Part shown: one piece after another, positions 50,050 through 59,554 of the stretch
Layout: each line of letters starts with the position of its first letter
Numbering within the stretch: the first letter of the stretch is position 1
Assembly (NCBI GenBank): GCA_038883775.1
Contig: JAVZLM010000001.1
Span: 1 to 64,000, forward strand
Length of the DNA: 64,000 bases
Direction: 5' to 3'
Origin: Candidatus Bathyarchaeia archaeon
Lineage (GTDB): Archaea; Thermoproteota; Bathyarchaeia; Bathyarchaeales; Bathycorpusculaceae
The notes under the pieces: model-generated
Seen by the model: only the letters and a program-made list of their open reading frames with translations
What the model was told of the DNA's origin: nothing
The model's database searches: none
Made by a program: the position numbers and the translations under genes

Positions 50050-50065
50050 TAAATAAACATTTCTC
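50050..50065 (-). promoter_or_regulatory. Putative BRE/TATA promoter of the riboswitch operon
   Basis: GAGAAATG-TTTATTTA about 30 nt upstream of the riboswitch 5' end. Confidence 0.5.
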
Positions 50066-50147
50066 AATATAGGTTAAATTTTCTGTATACGTTTCTACAA
50101 TATTATTGATGGATTTTAGTTTATAGAAAAATTTGGGGTTTATAGGT

Positions 50148-51797
50148 TTAGTATTCTTCGCCTTCTTCGCTTGGTGGTTTTTCTGGTGCTTTTTCTTCTT
50201 TTGGTTTCGTTGCTGCTATTACATCGTCTATGCGGAGTATCATTGATGCTGATTCTGCAGCGGATTTTACTGCTTGTTCTTTGACTATTAAGGGTTCTAC
50301 TACGCCGTTTTCTTGCATGTTTTCAACTTTTCCTGTAAAAACGTTTACGCCCATAGCGTTTCCATCTTTTTTCTCGTGGGCTGCTCGAAGTTCTACGATT
50401 ATGTCTATTGGTTCGAGTCCAGCGTTTTCGGCTAGTGTTCTTGGCACTATTTCTATGGCGTCGGCGAAGGCTTCTATGGCTAGTTGTTCTCTTCCGCCGA
50501 CTTTTGTGGCGTAATCGCGGAGTTCTTTTGCGATTTCTACTTCTACTGCGCCGCCGCCTGCGACTATTTTGTTGTTTTCTATTACATCTGAGACTACGGA
50601 TAGGGCGTCTGTCATGGCTCTTTCTGCTTCGTCGACCATCCTCTCAAGCCCAGCACGTATGAGAACAGCTACCGAACGCGGGTCTTTGCATTTTTCCACG
50701 AAAATCATTTTATCTTCGCCAATTTTGCGCTCTTCAACAATGCCAGCTTCGCCTAAGTCTTGGGCTGTTAAGTCGTCTAAATCTGTGATTATTCTTCCGC
50801 CTGTGGCTCTTGCGAGTTTTTCCATGTCTGATTGTTTTACGCGTCTTGCGGCTAGAATTCCTTCTTTTGCTAGGAAGTGTTGTGCCATGTCGTCTATGCC
50901 TTTTTGGCAGAAAACTACGTTTGCGCCTACTGCCTTTATTTTGTCTACCATTTCTTTGAGCATTTTTGTTTCTTGGTCTAGGAAGGCTTTCATTTGGTTT
51001 GGGTCGCGGATGCGGATTTCTGCGCTGAATTCTGTTTTTTCAATTTCTAGTGGGCAGTCGAGCAAGGCGATTTTTGCGTTTTCTAGTTTTTTGGGCATTC
51101 CTGGGTGGACGACTTCCTTGTCTATGATTAAGCCTTTTACGAGTTGCGACTCAAGGAGGCTTTTTCCTGTTTTCTTTATTATTTGTATGTTGTCTATGTC
51201 TGCGATTCGTTTTTCTCCACGCTTTTCTGCTATTTGTTTGACTGCGTCTATGGCTATTTCCGCCAGATGCTCTTTTGCTGGGCCGACAGCTTTGCTTGCC
51301 ATGGACGTTAATGCCACTTTCTTTAGGGTTTCTCTGTCTTCTATGTCTACTGGTGTAGCGATTTTGTTTATTGTTTCTACTGCCTTTTGGGCTGCTTTTC
51401 TGTAACCGCTCACTATTATTGTTGGGTGAATGTTCTGGTCTAGGAGTTCTTCTGCCTTTTTGAGGAGTTCGCCTGCTAAGACTACGGCGGTTGTTGTGCC
51501 GTCGCCTACCATGTCGTCTTGAGTTTTCGCTATTTCAACCATCATTTTTGCTGCTGGGTGTTCAACTTCTATTTCGTCTAGGATTGCTGCGCCGTCGTTG
51601 GTTATTGTTATGTCTCCTAGGCTGTCGATGAGCATTTTGTCCATTCCGCGGGGTCCAAGGGTTGTTTTTAGTACTTCGCCTATGATACGTGCTGCCATGA
51701 TGTTGTTTCTTTGGGCTTCTCTTCCTCTGCTGCGTGTTGTTCCTTCTTTTAGTATTAGGACTGGTTGTCCAGACTGGGTTGTTGTTAAGTATGCCAT
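50148..51797 (-). CDS. ths: Thermosome (group II chaperonin) subunit
   Basis: [33 protein letters not shown]. Confidence 0.97.
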   Translation of the reverse strand: MAYLTTTQSGQPVLILKEGTTRSRGREAQRNNIMAARIIGEVLKTTLGPRGMDKMLIDSLGDITITNDGAAILDEIEVEHPAAKMMVEIAKTQDDMVGDGTTTAVVLAGELLKKAEELLDQNIHPTIIVSGYRKAAQKAVETINKIATPVDIEDRETLKKVALTSMASKAVGPAKEHLAEIAIDAVKQIAEKRGEKRIADIDNIQIIKKTGKSLLESQLVKGLIIDKEVVHPGMPKKLENAKIALLDCPLEIEKTEFSAEIRIRDPNQMKAFLDQETKMLKEMVDKIKAVGANVVFCQKGIDDMAQHFLAKEGILAARRVKQSDMEKLARATGGRIITDLDDLTAQDLGEAGIVEERKIGEDKMIFVEKCKDPRSVAVLIRAGLERMVDEAERAMTDALSVVSDVIENNKIVAGGGAVEVEIAKELRDYATKVGGREQLAIEAFADAIEIVPRTLAENAGLEPIDIIVELRAAHEKKDGNAMGVNVFTGKVENMQENGVVEPLIVKEQAVKSAAESASMILRIDDVIAATKPKEEKAPEKPPSEEGEEY

Positions 51798-51832
51798 ACA
51801 AATTCCTCCATTTTGTTAGAATGTTATTTTTA

Positions 51833-51868
51833 GCTATTCCGAATAGCAAAAAAGCCCTAAAATATAAA
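51833..51868 (-). promoter_or_regulatory. Thermosome promoter (TTTATATT box) with a palindrome GCTATTC-C-GAATAGC over the predicted start site
   Basis: TATA at 51861-51868 preceded by a purine-rich BRE; perfect 7-bp inverted repeat at 51833-51847. Confidence 0.45.
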
Positions 51869-51954
51869 CTTTTACTTTCGTTTTTGCGAATACGCCATCG
51901 GCTTGGTAACAGTTTAAATTTTGGCTTGCCAAATTTTGATTTGGGTGGTTTAGC

Positions 51955-52248
51955 ATGCGGGTTTCGGTGCGCTTCTTCACAAGCCTACGAGAGATTGTTG
52001 GTAAGCGAGAAGAGACTTTAGAGTTTTCTGACAGCGAAAAGGTTACTATAGATAGTGTTCTTAAGCGTTTGAGTGAGCGTTATGGGAAGGATTTTGATGA
52101 TTACCTTTATGATAGTAGGACGGGCGAGGTTAAGGGTTTTCTGCAGTTTCTAATTAATGGTCGAAGCGCTTCTACGCTTAAAGGTTTGGCGACTGAACTT
52201 TCCAATGGAGATGTTTTGGCAATAATTCCACCTGTTGGCGGCGGATAA
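51955..52248 (+). CDS. MoaD/ThiS/SAMP ubiquitin-like sulfur carrier
   Basis: V.VRFF..LREI.G, LING, DVLAIIPPVGGG C-terminus. Confidence 0.92.
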   Translation: MRVSVRFFTSLREIVGKREETLEFSDSEKVTIDSVLKRLSERYGKDFDDYLYDSRTGEVKGFLQFLINGRSASTLKGLATELSNGDVLAIIPPVGGG

Positions 52249-52341
52249 CCTTGGGAACTTGGATTGTTTTCAGTTTTATTTTCTCTACCCTCTCCTCTAG
52301 GTTTTTAGGCTTGTTTGCCCTAGTTTATTTTTGAGTTTGTT

Positions 52342-53454
52342 ATGGGAAAATGCAGGATTTGTGGTGAAAGTTCGCCTACAATATCGGAGAATTTGGGTGC
52401 CTGCCTTAAATGTATAAGAGAGAAGCCGGAAGAGGCGCTTGTGATTGCAAATGAAGCACATGCGAAAAGTCGGGCGGTTTATGGTTTGCCTTCTAAGCCG
52501 CCGAGGGATGAGGGTGGGCTTGCATGTGGGGTTTGTGCTAACAATTGTGTTATTGGTGTTGGCAATAGCGGTTTTTGTGGTTTGGTTTGGAATGTTGGTG
52601 GGTGTTTGGTGCGTTTTGGCGGCACCATTGACAAGGGCGTTTTGGAATGGTATTATGATGGTTTGCCAACCAACTGCGTAAGCTGGTGGTTTTGTCCAGG
52701 CTGCACTGGAAGCGGTTATCCAAAATACGCCTATAAGCCCGAGCCAGAGTATGGTTATTATAATTTGGCGGTTTTTTACGGCGCCTGCAGCTACGACTGT
52801 CTCTTCTGTCAGAACTGGCATTACCGCAACCTATCAGCCAAACACAAGCCTGTCATGAGCGCTGAAGCTCTAGCCTCTCGCGTGGAAAAGCATGTTTCTT
52901 GCATATGCTATTTTGGCGGTGACCCTTCGCCTCAAATGCCTCATTCATTGGAGGTTAGTCGCATAGCCTTAGAAAAGGCAAGGGCTGAAAATCGTATTTT
53001 GCGGGTTTGCTGGGAAACAAACGGCTATATGAACCCGAAACTGGCTGAACGGGCGGCGGAATACGCTTTAGCAAGCGGAGGCAACATAAAATTCGACTTA
53101 AAAGCCTATACTGAAGAGTTGGCATTGGCGCTCTGTGGAGTATCCAACAAGCCTTCCTTGGAAAATTTTCGCCTAATAGGAGAAAAATATTACAGTAACC
53201 GTGAAGAATTACCCATGTTAACGGCTAGTACTCTGCTTGTGCCTGGTTATGTGGATGCTGAAGAGGTTGAAAACCTTGCCAAATTCATAAGTGAAGTAAA
53301 CGTGAATATTCCGTATACGCTTTTGGCTTTTTATCCATGCTATGTGATGAATGATTTGCCAACAACCACCAAAAAACAAGCTTTAGAATGCCAAAAAGCC
53401 GCACAAAAACACCTAAAAAACACACGCATAGGAAACATACACCTACTAACATGA
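52342..53454 (+). CDS. Radical SAM protein (PFL-activating / AmmeMemoRadiSam-like)
   Basis: CSYDCLFCQNW motif, extra N-terminal Cys clusters, GGDP, ETNG, FDLK. Confidence 0.9.
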   Translation: MGKCRICGESSPTISENLGACLKCIREKPEEALVIANEAHAKSRAVYGLPSKPPRDEGGLACGVCANNCVIGVGNSGFCGLVWNVGGCLVRFGGTIDKGVLEWYYDGLPTNCVSWWFCPGCTGSGYPKYAYKPEPEYGYYNLAVFYGACSYDCLFCQNWHYRNLSAKHKPVMSAEALASRVEKHVSCICYFGGDPSPQMPHSLEVSRIALEKARAENRILRVCWETNGYMNPKLAERAAEYALASGGNIKFDLKAYTEELALALCGVSNKPSLENFRLIGEKYYSNREELPMLTASTLLVPGYVDAEEVENLAKFISEVNVNIPYTLLAFYPCYVMNDLPTTTKKQALECQKAAQKHLKNTRIGNIHLLT

Positions 53455-53572
53455 GACAATAAACCAAATAGTATGGCTCTCGCTTTTTCGTTCACGGCAC
53501 CTTCAAACAGTGAATGTATTGTTTCTCTCTTGTGGTTCTTGGAATATTAAGCCACACGGCACTATTATTCAA

Positions 53573-54649
53573 TTACTTGAAACTTAAGTTTTTCTTTATT
53601 TTTTTGATCGTGGCTGTCAAAAGTTTCACGGCGTTAACGACGTCATTAACGTCCAAAACCTCGTAAGAATGCGCATACCTAGTTGGAATGGATATCACTC
53701 CACTTGGAACCCCTTCCCTCGTCAAATGAATTGTAGCTGCATCCGTAGAACCTCTAGGTAAAACTTCCATTTGATACGGGATCTTCTCCTCCTCAGCTGT
53801 CGAAATCAGAAGCTCCCTCACTTTTGGATGAGAAATCAAACCCAAAAAACCACCAGCTTCATCCATGACTTTAATGGCTGGGCCAGCACCAAGTTTCGTG
53901 ACTTGATCCTTCTCGGCGACGCCCGGAATGTCCCCCGCAAGCGTTATGTCAACAGCAATAGCCATGTTAGGAGCAATCCTATAAGCTGCAACTTGCGCTC
54001 CACGACAACCAACCTCTTCCTGCACGGATGCCACACCATAAACATTCGCTTCAAGGTTTTCTTTCGCTAATTTTTTCATAGTCTCGATAATAACACAAAC
54101 ACCCACACGATCATCAAACGCCTTACTCGCAATGATATTTCCCGAACCCAAAACCTTAAACGGACGCTCAAAAGTAACTGGATCCCCTATTCGCACGCCC
54201 AACTTTTCAACATCATCCCTGTTCTTAGCGCCAACATCGATGAAAAAAGCCTTCAAATCAGGCATTTTATTGGCTTCTTCGGGCGTTTCCGGCGGCTTAC
54301 AGTTTATTAAACCAGATATAGGGCCTTTCCTGCCATAAACTACTATGGGCTGAGAGAACAAAACTCGAGGAGAAATTCCGCCCACTTTCTCAAAATAGAG
54401 AAAGCCCTTGTCATCGATGTGCTTAACGATAAGTCCAATTTCGTCCATATGAGCTGCAAGCATAACCTTTGGAGCATCTTTTACAGAAGCATTCTTAAGC
54501 GATATCACGTTTCCAAAATTATCTATCTCAATCGAGTCAGCATACTTTTCAAGTTGACGATAGACAACTTTTCTAATATCAATCTCATATCCGGAAACCC
54601 CAGATGCGCTTGTTAAAGACTCCAAGAGACGCTTAATTTCCTCTTCCAA
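53573..54649 (-). CDS. M42 family aminopeptidase (TET-like)
   Basis: GVSGYE, AAHMDEIG, KAFDDR.G, QEEVG.RGA, VD, G.TDA, RYAH. Confidence 0.93.
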   Translation of the reverse strand: MEEEIKRLLESLTSASGVSGYEIDIRKVVYRQLEKYADSIEIDNFGNVISLKNASVKDAPKVMLAAHMDEIGLIVKHIDDKGFLYFEKVGGISPRVLFSQPIVVYGRKGPISGLINCKPPETPEEANKMPDLKAFFIDVGAKNRDDVEKLGVRIGDPVTFERPFKVLGSGNIIASKAFDDRVGVCVIIETMKKLAKENLEANVYGVASVQEEVGCRGAQVAAYRIAPNMAIAVDITLAGDIPGVAEKDQVTKLGAGPAIKVMDEAGGFLGLISHPKVRELLISTAEEEKIPYQMEVLPRGSTDAATIHLTREGVPSGVISIPTRYAHSYEVLDVNDVVNAVKLLTATIKKIKKNLSFK

Positions 54650-54775
54650 CCCTTTTCACCCAATACCTCAAGAACTTTGCACTATACCTCTCTCATCAAT
54701 AAAAGATTTTTCTATAAACAAGCAACGCACCCTATCAACTCAAAATACATAGCTAAAGACCCTACAAGCACATGT

Positions 54776-54970
54776 TCAAGATATCCAAAACGATGTTTTC
54801 TTTTTCATTATGTTAATGTACTCATTTAATGCTTCCTGCTCCTCCACACTCAACTTATCCATAAACATAGTCTGCAAAGCCTTCGCATGTTGCTCTGGCA
54901 CCTTCACATACAAGATATCCTTCTCAAAAAGTGTCTACCCACCATAGGCTTGTCAAAGCTTATGGCAACC
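54776..54970 (-). pseudogene. Diverged duplicate of the aIF5B 3' end
   Basis: VAISFDKPMVGRH(frameshift)FEKDILYVKVPEQHAKALQTMFMDKLSVEEQEALNEYINIMKKKTSFWIS* versus intact VAISLDKPMVGRHIFEKDTLYVKVPEAHAKALLKDFMDKLTPDEQEALNEYVGLMRKKMPFWAA*. Confidence 0.9.
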
Positions 54971-55050
54971 GCAAGCAGAAAACAAGCCATGGAATGCCAA
55001 AAAGCAGCGGAAAAACACCTAAAAACACCCGCATAGGAAACATACTATAA
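54971..55050 (+). pseudogene. Diverged duplicate of the radical SAM gene 3' end
   Basis: aaaacaagccatggaatgccaaaaagcagcggaaaaacacctaaaaacacccgcataggaaacatac versus aaaacaagctttagaatgccaaaaagccgcacaaaaacacctaaaaaacacacgcataggaaacatac at about 53373-53440. Confidence 0.88.
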
Positions 55051-55110
55051 TATTAGGGAGAATAGTTAACCGAGACGCCAATATTTTTAAATTTGCCAAG
55101 CAGCACTTTA

Positions 55111-56235
55111 CTAAGGCTTTTGCAGCCGCTTTTGAATAGCCCTTGCTTTCCTATAGTTTAAGGCTGTAAACACAGCCAGCACCGCTATTGCCACTGCTTC
55201 GGCTATAATGCCAACCGCCATGTAAGTTAACAGCTTCTCCGTTGCAGCTGTAGATGTTTCTCTGTTGTGGAGCCATTCGCTGGCGCTCCAACCGCCAAGC
55301 CTTAACGTTCCATCATCATTTGCCAGCCCCCAGCCCCCGTCTCCATCATACATGGCAAAGTAGGTTATTATTTCGAAGCGACTGCTTGCAAATTCAAAAT
55401 ACTGTTTAATTAGCTCCGCCTTAGAGGCTTCGCATGAAGCCATGCCGAAATCCCAGTGATGGGCGGGCTTCCACATTCTAAAACCGTATTCGCCTATGAA
55501 GACTTTTTTCCCGCTCTTTTCAAAATACGCTGCGTAATCAAGTATATGTTGAGTGTCAATGTCATCTTTTATGGTGGAATAGGGTTGAATGAAGTAGGCA
55601 TCAGCGTTTTCAATAAACCTAACTGGAAAGTCTCGCGGGATTCCTTCGCTTTCCACAGCACATTTTACGCCGAAGCTTTTGACAAAAGCTACAATATCCT
55701 TGATGGCGTTGTTGAATTCTGTGCTGTTTATACGCTGCAAACACTCCTCATAGGTTATGCCAGCCACCGCTGGAAACGGGATTGGATAAAAGACCGAAAC
55801 ATAAAGCACATGCGAATATTTTGAAGAGGCATTGGCTATTACGCGCAATTCTGCCTTATAGCTTTGCACAATAGTCTCGTTTGGAAAATCCCTAGTTGAA
55901 AACTTGTTATTCCAGTAGGTGGCATGTGTAGCCCAAATAACCTTCAAACCCAAACGCTGCGTATACTCCAGTATAAGCTCAACCAAATCAAGCTCAACCA
56001 CATACTCGTAATGAATGCGGACGCCGTCAAAACCCATAAGCTTAATCAGTTCAAGGTCTCGGGCCACCTGTGTCCAATTGTTGCCTTTGTGATACTGGAA
56101 CCAGTAAGGTGAATACGCCAAAAACACAAGCGTTTTGGGCTTGGAGCCGAAAAAGCAGTAGAAACTAAACCCAAACTGGGAAACCGACAGTAAAACAGCC
56201 AATTCTAAAACCGCAAGGCTATTCGCTAAACCCAC
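55111..56235 (-). CDS. Membrane-anchored clan GH-A-like (GH5/GH2 TIM barrel) glycoside hydrolase-like protein
   Basis: N-terminal signal, DLELIKLMGFDGVRI, GLKVI, FIQPY, VFIGEYG nucleophile, WGL..DDGT; C-terminal TM helix with basic tail. Confidence 0.7.
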   Translation of the reverse strand: MGLANSLAVLELAVLLSVSQFGFSFYCFFGSKPKTLVFLAYSPYWFQYHKGNNWTQVARDLELIKLMGFDGVRIHYEYVVELDLVELILEYTQRLGLKVIWATHATYWNNKFSTRDFPNETIVQSYKAELRVIANASSKYSHVLYVSVFYPIPFPAVAGITYEECLQRINSTEFNNAIKDIVAFVKSFGVKCAVESEGIPRDFPVRFIENADAYFIQPYSTIKDDIDTQHILDYAAYFEKSGKKVFIGEYGFRMWKPAHHWDFGMASCEASKAELIKQYFEFASSRFEIITYFAMYDGDGGWGLANDDGTLRLGGWSASEWLHNRETSTAATEKLLTYMAVGIIAEAVAIAVLAVFTALNYRKARAIQKRLQKP

Positions 56236-56306
56236 GGCTTCTCCCTAGTTCATAAGGTTAGGTGGCTGGCTCAATTTTAATGTTTACTCAAAGTCGCGGT
56301 TAACTG

Positions 56307-58088
56307 CTAAGCTGCCCAGAAAGGCATTTTCTTCCGCATCAAGCCAACATACTCGTTTAATGCTTCCTGCTCGTCTGGTGTTAGCTTGTCCATAAAGTCT
56401 TTCAACAACGCCTTAGCGTGGGCTTCTGGCACCTTAACGTATAGTGTGTCTTTTTCAAAAATGTGTCTTCCGACCATGGGCTTGTCTAGGCTTATTGCTA
56501 CTTGCATACCCTTACCCGCTTCTGATAACGCTTTACCTTTTTCTTGAATCTGCTGTATCTCACCCACTTCTTCGCCGTCCTCAGCCCTTACCAGCGCAAG
56601 TTTAGGCTTAATCTTTCCAGCCAAAACTTCCACGCCAACTATCGCTGGCTTAGCCCTTCTAAAAACGTAGCCTTCCATTATCTGGATTTTGGCGGGTTTA
56701 ACAAGATTCGCAAATTCCTGCTCAATCTTTGCTTCCCGTTGACTCTTAAGCCAAGACAAATAATTATCTATCAAATGGTAAATTATTTTCTCTTGAAAAA
56801 TTTGAACACCTTTAGCATTTGCTTCTTCTTGGGCGTCTGGCAAAATTTTAACGTTAAAAGCCAAAACAACCCCAAAATAAGGCTCGTGCTCCTTAACAAC
56901 AGAAGCTTCAGTAACATCCCGCTTTGAAACGTCGCCAACATCCGCAAGCCGAACAGGCACATTATTACGTTTTAGGTTTTCGGCAATAGCCTCCAAAGAG
57001 CCCAGCGTATCCGCCTTCAAAACAATCCCCTCAACATCCGTCGCAATCCTAATACGCTCAATCTCCTCAGAAACCACCCTAACATAATCATCCACTTTTT
57101 CGCCTTCACCAACAGCATACAAAGGCGCCCCAGCTAAGGCACCTTCCAAACCAGGCGCAACAATCTTCACTCCTGCCGCAGCAGAAACAGAATCCACAGA
57201 AGAAAAACGGTCCCGCGGATCCCTAATCTCGTCTAATGGTTTGGGAACCAAAATAGCCCTAATCCGCGTTACGATTGGCTTTTCCTTGCCGCCAACAACA
57301 ATCAAATCATCCTTCCGCAATATTCCATCGTAAACGATAGTGTTAAGCGTCAAACCTAAACCGGGTTCTTCCTTAACCTCCAAAACCGTGCCTTTCGCTG
57401 GTCCCCTTGTTGTCTGCAGTTCCTTCTTCAAATACTGCTGTGTCAAACCAACCAAAACCATGAGAAGCTCTGTTATGCCCTCGCCGGTCTTTGCGCTTGT
57501 GGGCACAATCGCTATGGTTTTCGTAAAATCCCTTATGCGGTCAAAACGGTCAGCCCTAAAACCCTGACGCGAAAAAACCCCAATAATGTCGTATATCCTA
57601 TTATCCAAATCTTGCTTCACATAAGTATCTTGCATTTGATAAGCCTTCATGAAAGGCGTGTCCGGATAAGAATTCCATCCGGGAATGCGGTCTATCTTGT
57701 TGGCTGCCACCAAAAAAGGAGTTTTGCGCGCCTTCAGTATCTCGATACACTCATAAGTTTGAGCCTCAAAACCCCTCAAAATGTCAATGACAAGAATGGC
57801 TATGTCGGCGACGCTTCCACCCCGCTTTCGCAAATTAGTAAAAGCCTCATGCCCAGGGGTGTCAATAACAAGCAAACCTGGAATCTCCAACTCACCCTTA
57901 ACCATGGATAAAAGCGGGCCAACAAGCTGCTTAAGCGTGTCAACTGGAAAGAAGCTTGCGCCAATATGCTGTGTTATTCCACCCGCCTCGCGGGCTTGAA
58001 CGCTTGTCTTGCGAATTTTGTCCAAAAGCAAAGTCTTACCAGTATCCACATGCCCCAGAACGCAAACAATAGGCTGACGAATAGACAT
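56307..58088 (-). CDS. infB: Translation initiation factor aIF5B (IF2)
   Basis: RQPIV.VLGHVD.GKT, GGITQHIGA, DTPGHEAF, NKID, SAKTGEG; start placed at MSIRQP. Confidence 0.97.
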   Translation of the reverse strand: MSIRQPIVCVLGHVDTGKTLLLDKIRKTSVQAREAGGITQHIGASFFPVDTLKQLVGPLLSMVKGELEIPGLLVIDTPGHEAFTNLRKRGGSVADIAILVIDILRGFEAQTYECIEILKARKTPFLVAANKIDRIPGWNSYPDTPFMKAYQMQDTYVKQDLDNRIYDIIGVFSRQGFRADRFDRIRDFTKTIAIVPTSAKTGEGITELLMVLVGLTQQYLKKELQTTRGPAKGTVLEVKEEPGLGLTLNTIVYDGILRKDDLIVVGGKEKPIVTRIRAILVPKPLDEIRDPRDRFSSVDSVSAAAGVKIVAPGLEGALAGAPLYAVGEGEKVDDYVRVVSEEIERIRIATDVEGIVLKADTLGSLEAIAENLKRNNVPVRLADVGDVSKRDVTEASVVKEHEPYFGVVLAFNVKILPDAQEEANAKGVQIFQEKIIYHLIDNYLSWLKSQREAKIEQEFANLVKPAKIQIMEGYVFRRAKPAIVGVEVLAGKIKPKLALVRAEDGEEVGEIQQIQEKGKALSEAGKGMQVAISLDKPMVGRHIFEKDTLYVKVPEAHAKALLKDFMDKLTPDEQEALNEYVGLMRKKMPFWAA

Positions 58089-58185
58089 TTCCGCAGCATC
58101 CTCTTTTTCTAGCAGTGAACAAACTAACGGTTTAATAGGCATTCAATAATAAATAAACCATTCCCAATACACATACGGCTTAGTG

Positions 58186-58386
58186 CTATTCTGTTTTGGC
58201 AGTTAACATTAAAACGCCCAACGCTAACAAAACAATGCTTAGGAATCCGAAAAGTCCAGTGTAGGCTCCCAAATCATTAAAACTCGTAAACGTGAAGTAT
58301 GTAGCCAAGGCGCCAATAATCATAATTAACAAACCAAAGAATCTTTCAGCCAATGCCATTCCGAAACCAGCTTCTCCTTCACTCAT
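58186..58386 (-). CDS. Small two-TM membrane protein
   Basis: 66 aa, two hydrophobic helices, GAGG RBS. Confidence 0.65.
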   Translation of the reverse strand: MSEGEAGFGMALAERFFGLLIMIIGALATYFTFTSFNDLGAYTGLFGFLSIVLLALGVLMLTAKTE

Positions 58387-58462
58387 ATCTTTAGCCTCTT
58401 CTTCGTTTCTAATGGCTTTTACATAAAGACATAAACGGTTATTTTAAATTTCCCTTAGGGCT

Positions 58463-59554
58463 TCACTTTTCCTCTTCAAGTTTTTCTGGCAAATATTCAT
58501 CAACTATGTAGGTTAATCCATATCTGCTGAAGGCTTCTTGCTCAGCCTTCTTCCTAATTTTCATAAAGGTTTTGATTTCCCTTTGCCACAGGGGGTCTTT
58601 GTAGCGGGGGTCTCGCTGCAATTCATAAAGCCTCTTCATATCCACCTCGTCCAATGGGTCTGTTGGCAATTTATAATTGACTATGTCTGTTGCCCAAACA
58701 CCGCTCCATTTTGCGTCTGGTGTATTTAGTTCTCTTAGGTGGGCTGCGTTGGCTGAACCAGAGATTATTACCATGGCTATGTGCATTCCCCATGGGTCGC
58801 CATCCGTAAAAATGTAAACTGGAAGATTCAGTTCCTGATTTAGTCTTCTAATGAAGTGTCTTGTGGCTCTTGGTGCTTGTCCCGCCGTTAAAACGAGTAT
58901 AGCATTAAACTTTTTGTGCACGTTTTCTTCTATAAAGCGTGTGAATAAGCCGCCCTTCTCTATGGCTATGACCTTGTCTGCTGTTGTTTTCACGAATTCC
59001 GCAGAAGTCAATGCTGGTCCAATGAGGACGCCGTCTGGATGCGAAGTCAAATTTAGGGTTCTTCCCTCATAGCCTGGCACCGTATATTCTATAGTTAAGT
59101 CGCCGAAAACAGCCGAACGTTCCTCTGGGAAAATGCTGAAATCTTCTCTTGAAAATCCTAAAACTGTTTCCAAATCTGTTACAATATTATTTGATTCTTC
59201 CTGATCTGTAAATGTCATCTCATAGGCTTGGGCTGAATAATAAACATCCCTTAAAGTGGAAGTTTTCCTCTGCGAAGTGAGTTCATGAGAGAAGAGCGCC
59301 GCCCAAATGAGTTGTGTGAAGGGTTTTAAGTGGCGGATGTTGCGGGCGCTTCTTCGAACAGTCTTATTTCCTAAAATGTATTGTCTCAGTTGCGGGTCAT
59401 AGTGGATGTTTTCTGTTGAGCGGCTTGGCATTGTTATTGATGGGAAATATCCGCTATCAAGCTGCTCATAGGTTTTAAGCCCGAGGTTTTCTAAGCTTGC
59501 TAAGACTTCTTTCCGCTTTTCCATAATGCTGATTTTATGTTTCTTCTGCTCCAA
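58463..59554 (-). CDS. top6A: DNA topoisomerase VI subunit A
   Basis: TLRDVYY catalytic Tyr, IEK, G...RATR, TDGDPWG TOPRIM, KAEQEA. Confidence 0.96.
   Translation of the reverse strand: MEQKKHKISIMEKRKEVLASLENLGLKTYEQLDSGYFPSITMPSRSTENIHYDPQLRQYILGNKTVRRSARNIRHLKPFTQLIWAALFSHELTSQRKTSTLRDVYYSAQAYEMTFTDQEESNNIVTDLETVLGFSREDFSIFPEERSAVFGDLTIEYTVPGYEGRTLNLTSHPDGVLIGPALTSAEFVKTTADKVIAIEKGGLFTRFIEENVHKKFNAILVLTAGQAPRATRHFIRRLNQELNLPVYIFTDGDPWGMHIAMVIISGSANAAHLRELNTPDAKWSGVWATDIVNYKLPTDPLDEVDMKRLYELQRDPRYKDPLWQREIKTFMKIRKKAEQEAFSRYGLTYIVDEYLPEKLEEEK

Noticed and set aside
50148-51797. Strong strand compositional skew in the thermosome gene
   Set aside because: Explained by A-ending codon preference in a highly expressed gene; no sign of foreign origin.
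53460-53570. Short repeat CACGGCAC (twice) downstream of the radical SAM gene
   Set aside because: Only 8 nt, with no supporting structure or ORF.
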